Source: a virus
Taxonomy: Duplodnaviria; Heunggongvirae; Uroviricota; Caudoviricetes
Strand: one strand, 5' to 3'
DNA length: 64,000 bases
Virus record (IMG/VR): IMGVR_UViG_3300005805_000054
Location: 31,428-95,427 of that record
Under the pieces are notes generated by a model. It saw only the letters and a list, made by a program, of their open reading frames with translations. It made no database searches and was not told the DNA's origin. Within the stretch, counting starts at the first letter, position 1; each line of letters starts with the position of its first letter. Positions 1-9,787 of this stretch are shown here, in pieces. Made by a program: the position numbers and the translations under genes.

Positions 1-244
1 TAGAAGCATACAATGTTGAGAACGATAAATTTAACAAAGGCAATGCAGCCGCTGGTACACGTGCCCGTAAAGCATTAGCAGAACTAGCTAAAGCAGTTAA
101 GGCTCGCCGTAATGAAATTACAGCAGAAAAAGCCGCACGTGCTGAAGAAAAAGCTAAAGCTAAGTAATTGTGATAAATATGTTGTAAGCTACACAACGGT
201 AGCTTACACTTCAAAACAAAAACCATCACAAAGGAAGGTTATCT

Positions 245-919
245 ATGAGTTATAACAAAACAAAAACAGATCCAGAGTTGGGTCAAAAAGTACACGAGTA
301 TCTAGTAAAAATGGGAGTCGAAACTCCTATCTTTAATTCTATTTTTGATCGTAAAGAAAAGATTGAAAAGATTGAAAAACATTTCAAGATCATCATGGAG
401 ACATTAGGTCTTGACCTCAACGATGACAGTTTAGAAGAAACACCCAAGCGTGTTGCTAAGATGTACGTCAACGAAATTTTCTGGGGCTTAGATTATGAAG
501 CGTTTCCCAAATGCACCACAGTTGATAATAAGATGCAGTATAATGAAATGGTGTGTGAACGCAATGTCAATGTACAATCAAACTGTGAACATCACTTTGT
601 CGTCATTGACGGTCTTGCCACTGTTGCTTACGTACCAAAAGACAAAGTACTTGGATTGAGTAAGATCAATCGTATCGTAGAATATTTCAGTAAGCGTCCT
701 CAAATTCAAGAACGATTGACTGAGCAAGTGTTCTATGCATTGCAGTATATCTTGGACACGGAAGATGTTGCAGTTATGATTGATGCACAACATTATTGTG
801 TTAAGAGTCGTGGTGTAGAAGACACTGGTAGTTCAACTGTCACTAGCAAACTAGGTGGCGGATTCAAAAGTGATCCAGCAGCACGAGCAGAGTTCTATCA
901 ATTAGCACGGGGACGATAA
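245..919 (+). CDS. folE: GTP cyclohydrolase I (FolE), first enzyme toward 7-deazaguanine/pterin precursors
   Basis: 224 aa; conserved GCH-I core including the CEHH zinc motif (VQSNCEHHFVVIDG) and C-terminal ...HYCVKSRGV... region; RBS AAGGAAGG upstream. Confidence 0.85.
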   Translation: MSYNKTKTDPELGQKVHEYLVKMGVETPIFNSIFDRKEKIEKIEKHFKIIMETLGLDLNDDSLEETPKRVAKMYVNEIFWGLDYEAFPKCTTVDNKMQYNEMVCERNVNVQSNCEHHFVVIDGLATVAYVPKDKVLGLSKINRIVEYFSKRPQIQERLTEQVFYALQYILDTEDVAVMIDAQHYCVKSRGVEDTGSSTVTSKLGGGFKSDPAARAEFYQLARGR

Positions 920-1101
920 TGAAATCTATTCCATTATGGCGTAAGTCTATCTATATGTTCTTTGCACCATTGTTCATTTTTGTTTGGATGATCTTTCATC
1001 CTAAACTAGTTTGGGCACAAGCAAAGAAAGAATGGAATGGTACATCAGCCTGCACTGGTGACTGTAATCAAGGACGCAGATGTAATTGTAGAGGAGAATA
1101 A
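919..1101 (+). CDS. small hydrophobic/Cys-rich hypothetical protein
   Basis: 60 aa ORF with ATGA overlap to folE stop; predicted TM segment (FFAPLFIFVWMIF); C-rich tail. Confidence 0.35.
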   Translation: MKSIPLWRKSIYMFFAPLFIFVWMIFHPKLVWAQAKKEWNGTSACTGDCNQGRRCNCRGE

Positions 1102-1102
1102 C

Positions 1103-1339
1103 ATGGGATTCAGAAAACCAATGGACTATAATAGTGTTAGCCATCAAATTTATATGTCAGGTGTAGAACTATACAGCCCTTACAACGACGGATACGTTCA
1201 ATTTGAAATCAAGAAAGACTTGTATAAACTCAAGTGGTTGATTGATGCAATGATGAAGGATAGTCCTGAGTTTGGAGGTGAGCAAGAGTTTGTAAACGAA
1301 CATGAAAAGACTATAATGTGGCGCACACTGACAAAATAA
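1103..1339 (+). CDS. hypothetical protein
   Basis: In-frame ATG with GAGGAG RBS at 1091-1096; 78 aa; translationally coupled to upstream ORF. Confidence 0.4.
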   Translation: MGFRKPMDYNSVSHQIYMSGVELYSPYNDGYVQFEIKKDLYKLKWLIDAMMKDSPEFGGEQEFVNEHEKTIMWRTLTK

Positions 1340-1344
1340 GATTA

Positions 1345-1593
1345 ATGAATAACATGACGAAAGAGGAAGCACGTGCTTTCATTCGTAAGGTTATGGGTCC
1401 TTCCAAACGAACGTTAGAGGGACAAGAGAAAGAAAACATATTACTATTGTTCAAACTAATAGAACCAGTCGAAACTACCAACAATCAACGATCTTTTACA
1501 GAAGAATATGTTCATGCAGGTAAAACATATTACGTTCATTACTTTGGCAGTGAAACAGAAGTAGAAGAAGTATTACCAGATGATATTCAATAA
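1345..1593 (+). CDS. hypothetical protein
   Basis: ORF continues in frame; ATG at 1345 lies just past the previous stop; ends overlapping the next gene. Confidence 0.35.
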   Translation: MNNMTKEEARAFIRKVMGPSKRTLEGQEKENILLLFKLIEPVETTNNQRSFTEEYVHAGKTYYVHYFGSETEVEEVLPDDIQ

Positions 1594-2050
1594 AGTTAAA
1601 GAATTAAAAGAGCAAGGTAAAAAAATTGGCATAACATTTAGTCAATTCGATATGCTACATGCAGGACATATCGCTATGCTTGCAGAAGCAAAAAATCATT
1701 GTGACTATCTAATTGCAGGACTACAAACAAATGCATCCATTGACCGCCCAGACACTAAAAACCCACCTATACAAAGTATTGTGGAACGTCAAATCCAGCT
1801 GGCGGCGTGTCGTTACGTTGACGAAGTGGTTGTGTATAGTACAGAGCAGGACCTCGTTGACCTCTTACTCATACTACCGGTGGATGTCAGAATCCTTGGT
1901 GTCGAATATGCCGACAAGGAGTTCACCGGTAAAAGTGAGTGTGAGCTCCGATCCATCGATCTTGTCTTTAACGGTAGAGATCACTCCTTCAGTTCCAGTA
2001 GCCTACGTAAACGTGTCTATGACAGTGAGTCCAACAAAAGGGGGCAATGA
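1580..2050 (+). CDS. cytidylyltransferase-like nucleotidyltransferase (HxGH family)
   Basis: 156 aa; N-terminal GITFSQFDMLHAGHIAML matches the (H/T)xGH motif of TagD/RfaE-domain-II/CTP-transferase Rossmann-like nucleotidyltransferases. Confidence 0.6.
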   Translation: MIFNKVKELKEQGKKIGITFSQFDMLHAGHIAMLAEAKNHCDYLIAGLQTNASIDRPDTKNPPIQSIVERQIQLAACRYVDEVVVYSTEQDLVDLLLILPVDVRILGVEYADKEFTGKSECELRSIDLVFNGRDHSFSSSSLRKRVYDSESNKRGQ

Positions 2051-2337
2051 TGAATGATTTTATAAACAAGTATAGAATTAAACATGTACGAGTTAGTAAA
2101 GACTATCATACTATAGATTACGGGTATAAGCTAGGATCAACTATTAGTTACAGTGGTCGTGAAGATTTCGTTGAAATGGAATTGCCTCGTAGTGCATTTG
2201 AAGAACTAACGAGTATGGATCGCAAGTTAGAGGACTGGTGTCGGGAAGAGGGTGAAGAAGCATATCTGCGTAGACAACATCCTGCAATCAAAGAAGCGTA
2301 TGAAAAATATTTAATGTTATTGGAGTTATACAGATGA
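2047..2337 (+). CDS. hypothetical protein
   Basis: 96 aa ORF; start overlaps the upstream stop and the 3' end overlaps the downstream start. Confidence 0.4.
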   Translation: MMNDFINKYRIKHVRVSKDYHTIDYGYKLGSTISYSGREDFVEMELPRSAFEELTSMDRKLEDWCREEGEEAYLRRQHPAIKEAYEKYLMLLELYR

Positions 2338-3128
2338 AAAGAATTTTAATTATGGGCTTACCCGGATCGGGTAAAACTTATCTAGCACAGTATGTACTAG
2401 AACATTTACAAAACGAAAAGAAAAAAGTAGGTTGGCTAAATGCCGATGATGTTCGTAAAAAATACAACGACTGGGACTTTAGTACCGAAGGTCGTGTACG
2501 TCAAAGTCTACGTATGCGTGAACTAGCAGATGCAATGACAGAGTATGATTATGTTATCTGTGACTTTGTTGCGCCTTTAGTTGAGATGCGTAACAACTTT
2601 AAAGCAGATTGGACTGTATGGGTTGACACTATCGACAAAGGTCGTTTTGAAGATACCAACAAAGCATTTATTCCACCTGATGTATATGACTTTAGAATTA
2701 CAGAACAACACGGTGAAAAATGGGGCGAGTTTATTGCCGCACATATATTAGACAATAGACGCAGACCAATTTTTGATTGGCAAAAAGAAACTGTACAGAT
2801 GTTGGGTCGTTGGCAACCATGGCATGAAGGACATCGTGCGCTGTTTGAACGTGCTATTGCCAAGACTGGACAAGTAGTTATTCAAATTAGAGACTGTCAA
2901 GGATGGCAAGGAAGTAATCCGTTTGCAATTGACCAAGTAAAAAGTTTTATCAAACGTGACTTAGATATGTTATATCAAGGTCAATATGAGATTCAAATTG
3001 TTCCAAATATTGTAAACATTACATATGGGCGTGATGTTGGATATAAAATTGAACAAGAAACGTTTGATGATGCAACCCATGCTATATCTGCCACAAAAAT
3101 CCGAAAAAGTTTAGGTTTTGGTAAATAA
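2334..3128 (+). CDS. bifunctional P-loop kinase / HxGH nucleotidyltransferase
   Basis: N-terminus ILIMGLPGSGKTYLAQ (Walker A, APS-kinase/gluconokinase-like); C-terminal half has GRWQPWHEGHRALFERA (HxGH nucleotidyltransferase motif). Confidence 0.55.
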   Translation: MKRILIMGLPGSGKTYLAQYVLEHLQNEKKKVGWLNADDVRKKYNDWDFSTEGRVRQSLRMRELADAMTEYDYVICDFVAPLVEMRNNFKADWTVWVDTIDKGRFEDTNKAFIPPDVYDFRITEQHGEKWGEFIAAHILDNRRRPIFDWQKETVQMLGRWQPWHEGHRALFERAIAKTGQVVIQIRDCQGWQGSNPFAIDQVKSFIKRDLDMLYQGQYEIQIVPNIVNITYGRDVGYKIEQETFDDATHAISATKIRKSLGFGK

Positions 3129-3157
3129 GAATAGCGGTCTTTTGGCATCACTCCCGC

Positions 3158-3186
3158 TTTACAAATTCTGCTGCCTATGCTATAAT
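3158..3186 (+). promoter_or_regulatory. sigma70-like promoter (TTTACA-N17-TATAAT) upstream of queD
   Basis: TTTACA 3158-3163, TATAAT 3181-3186, 17-bp spacer; ATG at 3204 with GGAGAA RBS. Confidence 0.45.
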
Positions 3187-3203
3187 CAACATAGGAGAAA
3201 ATC

Positions 3204-3686
3204 ATGGCAAACAAAAAATTCTTTTCAACAAAAACATACAGACAAATAGGTCCTGTAGCATATCGTCAATGGCGTGCAGACAGCCATTGTAACTTAATTC
3301 ATGGCTATGCTATGAGTTTTCACTTTGAGTTTGAGGCTGACACATTAGATGCCCGTAACTGGGTAACTGACTTTGGTGGATTGAAGCCACTAAAGGGAGT
3401 ATTAGAAGATTGGTTTGACCATACTCTATTAGTCGCACAAGATGACCCAATGCGTGAACATCTATTAGAGCTAGGTCGATTGAAACTAGCAAAGATTACA
3501 GAAGTAGAACGTACAGGTTGTGAAGGTATTGCTGACTTCTTGTATGAATACGTTAACACAATCTTTTTACCTAACTGCGGTAGTGAAGAGGCTAAACGTG
3601 TATGGTGCTGTAGAGTAGAAGTACGTGAGACTGATAGCAATATGGCAGGTAGAGGTGGTCATAGGGAAGACGGAGAGTTTGAATAA
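3204..3686 (+). CDS. queD: 6-carboxy-5,6,7,8-tetrahydropterin synthase (QueD/PTPS family)
   Basis: 160 aa; PTPS-fold signatures (HCNLIHGY... zinc-binding Cys/His region; C-terminal ...CRVEVRETD...); adjacent to folE and queE. Confidence 0.65.
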   Translation: MANKKFFSTKTYRQIGPVAYRQWRADSHCNLIHGYAMSFHFEFEADTLDARNWVTDFGGLKPLKGVLEDWFDHTLLVAQDDPMREHLLELGRLKLAKITEVERTGCEGIADFLYEYVNTIFLPNCGSEEAKRVWCCRVEVRETDSNMAGRGGHREDGEFE

Positions 3687-4306
3687 TGTTAGAAACAATT
3701 TGCGATACATTAGTTGAAGCATATAAACGCAATTGGATTACTAGTCGTGATGGCAATGTAAGTATTCGTCATCACGACCGTGACCACTTTTATATTACAC
3801 CAAGTGGTGTGCGTAAACAAACAATGCAACCAGACCAGTTTAAAAAAATCAGTATTCACGGCTTACTCTGGCAAGAAGAATTCTATACTGATATCAGTGC
3901 TAAACTAAAGCCTAGCGGAGAGATTCCACTACACTTCGGTTTACAAAGAGCAATGGGTCAGCATAGTAATGACGTTAGAGTAGTAGTTCATTTGCACCCT
4001 ACCTATTGTGTTGCGGCTATGCATCGTGGTATTGAGTTAAGTAGGCTTGCTGATGACTTTCCTGAACTAAGTCGCTACACTAGTGTAGCACCTAATGTAG
4101 GGGATGTGCCACCTATCAGTCAAGAACTTGCTGACCGTTGTCACGAAAATCTCAAGTTAGATGACTATGGCAATATTGCTTACGACATTGTGGGTATCAA
4201 AGGACACGGGGTTGTTGCCATCGATACTAGCCCGTGGAGGGCGTTTGAACATATAGAACGCCTCGAGCACATTTGCCAAATCGTATTAGCATCAGGGAAA
4301 TATTAA
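3686..4306 (+). CDS. class II aldolase/adducin-family protein (FucA/AraD-like aldolase or epimerase)
   Basis: 206 aa; SRDGNVSIR (phosphate-binding GN(L/V)S motif) and VVHLHPTY (HxH zinc ligands) typical of class II aldolase / L-ribulose-5-P 4-epimerase fold. Confidence 0.5.
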   Translation: MLETICDTLVEAYKRNWITSRDGNVSIRHHDRDHFYITPSGVRKQTMQPDQFKKISIHGLLWQEEFYTDISAKLKPSGEIPLHFGLQRAMGQHSNDVRVVVHLHPTYCVAAMHRGIELSRLADDFPELSRYTSVAPNVGDVPPISQELADRCHENLKLDDYGNIAYDIVGIKGHGVVAIDTSPWRAFEHIERLEHICQIVLASGKY

Positions 4307-4307
4307 C

Positions 4308-4943
4308 ATGAGTTATATAGTAGGATCATTGCCACCCGTCAAGTGCTTTGTTAAAAGAGAATTTCTCTATAATTTTGAAAAGGGTCACGGAGAATTAGAG
4401 CCTGCAATCTGGGTCAGTCTTAAAGCACTACGTGGGCAGGTGTTTCGCATTGAAAGTTTATTACCTAATTACGGAGCACTATATGACAAACTACCGATCC
4501 ACGCTTATGTATGGCAAAAAAATCACACAGGAAATTTACCCATAGATACATTACAACTCTGGGACTGCATGGGCTATCGTTTTACTATCATTGAAAAGAT
4601 AGGCTTACGTAATCTAGGTGTTAAGTTTTTAGGTAAAGACAAAGAATGGCATTATGGAACCTACTTATTTACAGTAGATTTTTGTGCTGACGGCATGGAT
4701 GTGGACACTGGATTTACTGAGGTTTCTGAAGAACATAAATCGTTTAATTTTATTAAGTTAGAGAATGGACAGTTTGCTTGTCAGCCTAACAACCGTTGCT
4801 TGTGGTACGATCAAAGTTTGATTCCCAGTGAAACTAAGTTTCCTGATTTTCAAGCGGCTCAAAATCTATGGACAGTAGACGGCACACGCAAATGGACTGC
4901 GGGGGATGATTGGTTTTATTCTATTGAGGAGAAACATGAATAG
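4308..4943 (+). CDS. hypothetical protein
   Basis: 211 aa ORF, tightly packed after upstream gene. Confidence 0.45.
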   Translation: MSYIVGSLPPVKCFVKREFLYNFEKGHGELEPAIWVSLKALRGQVFRIESLLPNYGALYDKLPIHAYVWQKNHTGNLPIDTLQLWDCMGYRFTIIEKIGLRNLGVKFLGKDKEWHYGTYLFTVDFCADGMDVDTGFTEVSEEHKSFNFIKLENGQFACQPNNRCLWYDQSLIPSETKFPDFQAAQNLWTVDGTRKWTAGDDWFYSIEEKHE

Positions 4944-5130
4944 TTTAGAAAAAATATGGGCAAGAGCAACCGGTCATTTAATGGGTAATACAGATGATGA
5001 TAGACCCGATGTTCCCATTCTTACATTAAGAGAAGCAAGAATTGCATTGTTCCTAAAAACTTTCTGGATTATACTACATGTGATAACATGTTGTTTCATC
5101 ATAGCAAATACATTACGTCATTGGTAACAT

Positions 5131-5322
5131 ATGAATAAAAAAATTAAAGAACTATGGGAAGAAGCCGCTCAACGAGATGACATAATGGATGAAAAACGTT
5201 ATGAACATTTTGCAGAGTTAGTAATTAGAGACTGCGCTAAACAAGTCAATCATCTTTATAAACAAGGTGGTGGAACTTGGGGTGAAGTTATTCTTAAACA
5301 TTTTGATGTAAAGATCAAATGA
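5131..5322 (+). CDS. small protein, divergent member of the MNERIRE paralog family
   Basis: MNKKIKELWEEAAQ...HFAELVIRDCAKQ...ILKHFDVKIK shares N-terminal, central FAEL(I/V)IR(D/E)C and C-terminal KHF.V motifs with ORFs at 26474, 26698, 27759, 29005, 31423 and 63803. Confidence 0.5.
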   Translation: MNKKIKELWEEAAQRDDIMDEKRYEHFAELVIRDCAKQVNHLYKQGGGTWGEVILKHFDVKIK

Positions 5323-5391
5323 TAAATAATAAAGGGTGAACGGATTGATCCTCCTTCTGTGCCAATACACAGATAGCCCATCTATTACTTA

Positions 5392-6174
5392 TTGGAGTAT
5401 CTTATGTTGAAGCAAACACTAATTGAAAAGTCCACGGTACCTAATATTAGGTATATAGACAGATATATTTCATACATTGAAAAATGTAAACTTATACCAA
5501 TCTTTGTTTCTTTTGAAAAACATCATATATTACCTAAATCGTTTGGTGGTAACAATATTAATAACTTAATAAAACTATCACCGAGACACCACTATATTGC
5601 CCATGTTTTACTAGCAAAAGCAACCGGATCTCCTAAAATGATTAAAGCATTACATAAAATGATGTATTCTAGAACAGGTGATGTTAAAAGAGATTATAAG
5701 ATTTCTAGTAGAATGTATGAGTATTTGAGAATTGAACATGCTAAAGTGGTAAGTGCTTATAGTAAAAATACAGTTACTGCTAAACATATGTTTACTAACG
5801 AAGTAAAGCGTATACCAAAAAAACTGTTTGACAAGTATAATGGAGTGTTATATGAGGCAATGGCTAAGGGTAGGAAAGATTCACAAGTGACAATAGAACT
5901 TAAAAGAATTGCCAGCAAAAAACTCAGAAAAGTTAAACAAGGTACTAGAGTAAGAAGTTTGGCCGCGTCAAAGTATTCATATATAACACCCAAAGGGTAT
6001 TGTGAAAATAGCACTGATCTGCTAAACTTATATAGTACTTTTACTAAAAATACATTAACTGTATTAGAAGATGAATTTGTGATTAGTCACAAATTTGCCA
6101 GTATCCACAATGAATTTAAAGATTATGTGGGTAAAAAATTAAAAGACATTGAATTTACAAGAAAGATAAAATGA
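5392..6174 (+). CDS. HNH homing endonuclease
   Basis: 260 aa; HHILPKSFGGNNINNLIKLSPRHHYIAH HNH motif followed by a basic DNA-binding C-terminal region; free-standing between queuosine-pathway genes. Confidence 0.6.
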   Translation: MEYLMLKQTLIEKSTVPNIRYIDRYISYIEKCKLIPIFVSFEKHHILPKSFGGNNINNLIKLSPRHHYIAHVLLAKATGSPKMIKALHKMMYSRTGDVKRDYKISSRMYEYLRIEHAKVVSAYSKNTVTAKHMFTNEVKRIPKKLFDKYNGVLYEAMAKGRKDSQVTIELKRIASKKLRKVKQGTRVRSLAASKYSYITPKGYCENSTDLLNLYSTFTKNTLTVLEDEFVISHKFASIHNEFKDYVGKKLKDIEFTRKIK

Positions 6175-7025
6175 GCAAGTTACATTATACAGAGTTATTT
6201 TATAGCATTCAAGGTGAGGGTAGATATACCGGTGTTCCATCTGTGTTCTTACGAACATTCGGATGTAACTTTAAATGCCGAAATTTCGGCAGAGATAAAA
6301 ATGATACTTCCGATAATCAAGAAGTAATGGATATTATAAAGAATATTGACAAGTATGACAAATTCAAAAGTCTACCACTAGTTAGTACAGGATGCGACAG
6401 TTATAGTTCAGTTTATCCTCAATTCAAATCTTTTGTCACTCATTCTGACACAGATGATATTGTTGACAGTATTATGGATATACTTCCTCACAAGCGTTGG
6501 ATGGATGAACATCTTGTTATCACAGGTGGTGAACCTCTACTCGGATGGCAAAGAGCGTATCCAGAACTACTTTCAAACTCTAAGATGAGTTCATTAAAAG
6601 AGATTACATTTGAAACTAATGGTACACAAGAATTGAGTACAGAGTTCAAAGAATATCTAAATATGTGGAAGATGCATCGTGAAAAGAACGCATTGACATT
6701 CAGTGTCAGTCCTAAATTAAGTATCAGCGGTGAGAAGTGGGAAGAAGCAATTTGTCCCGAAGTCATTCGTCAATATGAAAGTGTTGGCTTTGTCTATCTT
6801 AAATTTGTTGTAGCAAGTGAAGAAGATGTAGAAGAAGCAGAAAAAGCAGTTAAAGAATTTCGTGCTGGTGGATTCAGAGGTCCTGTTTACTTGATGCCAT
6901 GCGGTGGTGTCGAATCATTGTATAACATGAATGCTAAGAATGTAGCGATTGCGGCAATGAATCGTGGCTGGCGTTATAGTGACAGATTACAAGTACCATT
7001 GTTTAAAAACGAGTGGGGCACTTGA
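6171..7025 (+). CDS. queE: 7-carboxy-7-deazaguanine synthase (QueE, radical SAM)
   Basis: 284 aa; N-terminus LFYSIQGEGRYTGVPSVFLRTFGCNFKCRNF matches the QueE (QGEG...TGVP...R..GC...C) signature with a cluster-loop insertion (later TGCDSYS); ATGA overlap with the upstream gene. Confidence 0.7.
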   Translation: MSKLHYTELFYSIQGEGRYTGVPSVFLRTFGCNFKCRNFGRDKNDTSDNQEVMDIIKNIDKYDKFKSLPLVSTGCDSYSSVYPQFKSFVTHSDTDDIVDSIMDILPHKRWMDEHLVITGGEPLLGWQRAYPELLSNSKMSSLKEITFETNGTQELSTEFKEYLNMWKMHREKNALTFSVSPKLSISGEKWEEAICPEVIRQYESVGFVYLKFVVASEEDVEEAEKAVKEFRAGGFRGPVYLMPCGGVESLYNMNAKNVAIAAMNRGWRYSDRLQVPLFKNEWGT

Positions 7026-7417
7026 TGCCTCAGACGCAGGTACATGATTCATTTTACAGATGGTCATTAGGAGCCGAACTTAAATTTGCTTGGCTCCCCG
7101 AGACTTGCTATATATCAGGTAAACGCATTTGGTTAACGTATGGATACCGATTGACTAGACTAATCACTGGTCCCGGGGATACAATATTTGAACACAGATG
7201 GCACGATAAGAATGCCCATATTATATGGTTGTTGAAAAGGTAAATATATGTATGAATTAAGATATTTTGTCCGACCCGGTTGGGACGGACCTGAAAAAGT
7301 GTTACAATATAGAACACAATTTGAAGTATCTGATTATAGTTCTCCTAATGAAAATGGAAAATATATATCAGTAAAAAAATGGACTGAATGGCAAGATGTG
7401 CCTACAGTAGAAGATAA

Positions 7418-8743
7418 ATGAGAACATACGATAAACGAATTGGCTTTTTGGTAAGCTATCAGACATTAATACCCCATGGTGGTATCGGACAATTTACAAA
7501 AAGCTTTTGTGAGTTGATGGATAGTCACAATATCAAAGTTGATATTATTACTGACAAAGAACCGCAAGATAATGAATTCGTTAAATCTATTCCTGCAAAT
7601 GTAATTGCCCCCATTGAATCACTTAAGTATACCGATCATTCAAATATCTTTATGTACGGTGATACATTTTGCTATGAGCGTATGGCTAACTTTCGTAATG
7701 CTATTGTAGAAGCACTAGAACATAATTTATATGATGCACTGATATGCAACACATATGAGACCATTCAAGTTGCTAGTACAATGGGCTTAGAAGATGTAAT
7801 TCAAGTTATTGGATATACTCACTTAGAGAGTCAAATTTTTAAAGACACTAAGAATCCATTCTTGTATAATACGAATGTATTGATGCGTCAGCAACTAGAA
7901 ACAGATAATGTTTTTGTCGGTACGCAAAGCGTTTTCAATTTATTGAATGTAGATGGTACCGCGTTTCATCTACCTATTCCTATCACAGAACAGGAATTAC
8001 TAACTGAGCACACCGGTGAGCGTGAGGGGATATTGTTTGTTGGTCGATGGGAAGAAGGTAAGAATCCTGAATTGTTTATCGATTTAATAGAACAAACAAA
8101 ACTACCTGCAAAAGTTATGACTAGCCCAAACGGAGCCAAGAAGTTTGAAGAACGTTTGTCAAAGTTGGGTGTTAAGTATGATGTTCGTGCCAGTATCATC
8201 GGACAAGAGAAAGTAGACTTTATCAAGTCAAGTAGAATTGCATTTAATCCTAGCACTGTTGAAAGTTATGGAATGGCGTTCTATGAACAACATATACAAC
8301 TACCTACACTAGTATTAGAGAATCAACGTTGGACAAATAACTTCAATAAAGACTTTTTCTATACTTGTACTAAAAAAGACATGGCAAGTAAAGCAAAAGA
8401 ATTGTACGATATATTTGAAAAAGCAGAATCATGGTATAACTTAGGTTCACTGAAACATGCTAACCAACAAGAAGCAAATGTGTTTCACAAGTGGAATGAA
8501 TGCTTTAATGAATTCAACTCAAAAGAATCTAATACAAACACCGCTAAAATCTGTAGTGAGAACACAGTTAAATTACAAGATTACATCAAGGATTTAGGTC
8601 GTAAAGTTATTTGTATGGATGACATTCGCAGTGTGTTAACCAATAAACACAAGTTTAGAGTTATCTACTCAGACAATGATACTTACTTAACAAAAGACCC
8701 TAGCTTTGAACCCACAGAAGAAGAAAGTTTATTTTCATGGTAA
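7418..8743 (+). CDS. glycosyltransferase (GT-B fold, GT4-like)
   Basis: 441 aa; C-terminal domain with GILFVGRWEEGKNPELFIDL..., typical GT1/GT4 retaining glycosyltransferase core; overlaps the downstream epimerase by ATGGTAA. Confidence 0.5.
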   Translation: MRTYDKRIGFLVSYQTLIPHGGIGQFTKSFCELMDSHNIKVDIITDKEPQDNEFVKSIPANVIAPIESLKYTDHSNIFMYGDTFCYERMANFRNAIVEALEHNLYDALICNTYETIQVASTMGLEDVIQVIGYTHLESQIFKDTKNPFLYNTNVLMRQQLETDNVFVGTQSVFNLLNVDGTAFHLPIPITEQELLTEHTGEREGILFVGRWEEGKNPELFIDLIEQTKLPAKVMTSPNGAKKFEERLSKLGVKYDVRASIIGQEKVDFIKSSRIAFNPSTVESYGMAFYEQHIQLPTLVLENQRWTNNFNKDFFYTCTKKDMASKAKELYDIFEKAESWYNLGSLKHANQQEANVFHKWNECFNEFNSKESNTNTAKICSENTVKLQDYIKDLGRKVICMDDIRSVLTNKHKFRVIYSDNDTYLTKDPSFEPTEEESLFSW

Positions 8744-9564
8744 AAAAAGTTTTAATCACAGGTAGCTCAGGCTACATCGGCTCACATCTATGCAAGATGT
8801 TAGAAAATGACTATGAGGTTCACGGGCTGGATATTTGTATGCCACAAGTTCCAGTAAAGAAATTCCATCAAGTTAGCATTAATCAGCCATTCAATATTGA
8901 AGAAGAATATGATTGTGTAATTCATTTAGCCGCATTAGTTCGTGTTGCTGAAAGTGAGCAAATGCCTATCAAATATTATATCACTAACTTGAATGGCACG
9001 ATGAATGTAGTGAACAAAATTAAAACAAAAAACTTTATCTTTGCTAGTACAGGTGCCGCACAAGATTGTAGTAGTGCATATGGCATCAGTAAACGTGCGG
9101 CAGAAGATGTTGTGCATGAGTTCTACACACAGCATAGACCTACACCATATACTATCTTTAGATTTTACAATGTAATAGGAAGTACAGTAGTAGCGCCCAC
9201 TAACCCTGACGGACTAATGTACAATCTAGTGAAAGCACATGAGACCGGTGAGTTTACTATCTATGGTACAGACTATGAGAGGACAAGTGATGGAACTTGT
9301 GTCAGAGACTATGTACATGTAAACGAGATATGCGATGCCATAAAGCAAGCAATTGAGAAACCTTCTAATCAAATAGAATCATTAGGACATGGTGTTGGTT
9401 ATACGGTTAAAGAGATTGTTGATTTGTTTCAGAAAGTCAATGATACTGATTTTGAAGTAAAATACGGATCAAGAAGAAAGGGTGACATTGATGTTTCTGT
9501 ATTAGAAGAGGTGTCACCCTATATGAAGAACTTATATACTTTAGTACAGTTGCTAAAAGTTTAA
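8737..9564 (+). CDS. NAD-dependent epimerase/dehydratase (SDR family, UDP-sugar 4-epimerase-like)
   Basis: 275 aa; N-terminal VLITGSSGYIGSHLCKML (GxxGxxG Rossmann), YGISK (YxxxK catalytic motif). Confidence 0.7.
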   Translation: MVKKVLITGSSGYIGSHLCKMLENDYEVHGLDICMPQVPVKKFHQVSINQPFNIEEEYDCVIHLAALVRVAESEQMPIKYYITNLNGTMNVVNKIKTKNFIFASTGAAQDCSSAYGISKRAAEDVVHEFYTQHRPTPYTIFRFYNVIGSTVVAPTNPDGLMYNLVKAHETGEFTIYGTDYERTSDGTCVRDYVHVNEICDAIKQAIEKPSNQIESLGHGVGYTVKEIVDLFQKVNDTDFEVKYGSRRKGDIDVSVLEEVSPYMKNLYTLVQLLKV

Positions 9565-9595
9565 CGACTATAGTATTGGTTCAACACATTACTAT

Positions 9596-9787
9596 TTAAG
9601 CGGCACCGTAATCACCTTGAGAAAAGTGTATATCATAGTGTTCTCTGATAGAAACTAATTTTAGATTTGCAGGATCGTTATTGTCATGATTTCCGTCAAT
9701 GTGATGAATATCCATAAACTTTGGAATTTTTATCCCGTGAAATTCTTCATAAATCTTTCTATGGGATTTCATAAACTCTGTCCCCAC
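9596..9787 (-). CDS. short HNH endonuclease (possibly truncated)
   Basis: 63 aa; HHIDGNHDNNDPANLKLVSIREHYDIH HNH core; start overlaps SOD stop. Confidence 0.45.
   Translation of the reverse strand: MGTEFMKSHRKIYEEFHGIKIPKFMDIHHIDGNHDNNDPANLKLVSIREHYDIHFSQGDYGAA

Noticed and set aside
283-471. Many short antisense ORFs inside larger genes in the six-frame track (for example 283-471, 2549-2863, 3320-3640, 43556-44143, 55659-55960)
   Set aside because: They overlap longer ORFs that have recognisable conserved domains and proper RBS and coupling, and they lack their own starts or SD context. Treated as spurious.
3686-4306. Considered calling this ORF QueC (7-cyano-7-deazaguanine synthase) because it sits between queD and queE
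   Set aside because: It lacks the SGGxDS PP-loop motif of QueC and instead shows the GN(V)S / HxH pattern of class II aldolases. QueC and DpdA are not identifiable in this window.
7013-7243. 76-aa ORF overlapping the queE 3' end
   Set aside because: No SD, weak composition; the region more likely contains regulatory sequence for the glycosyltransferase gene. Not called.
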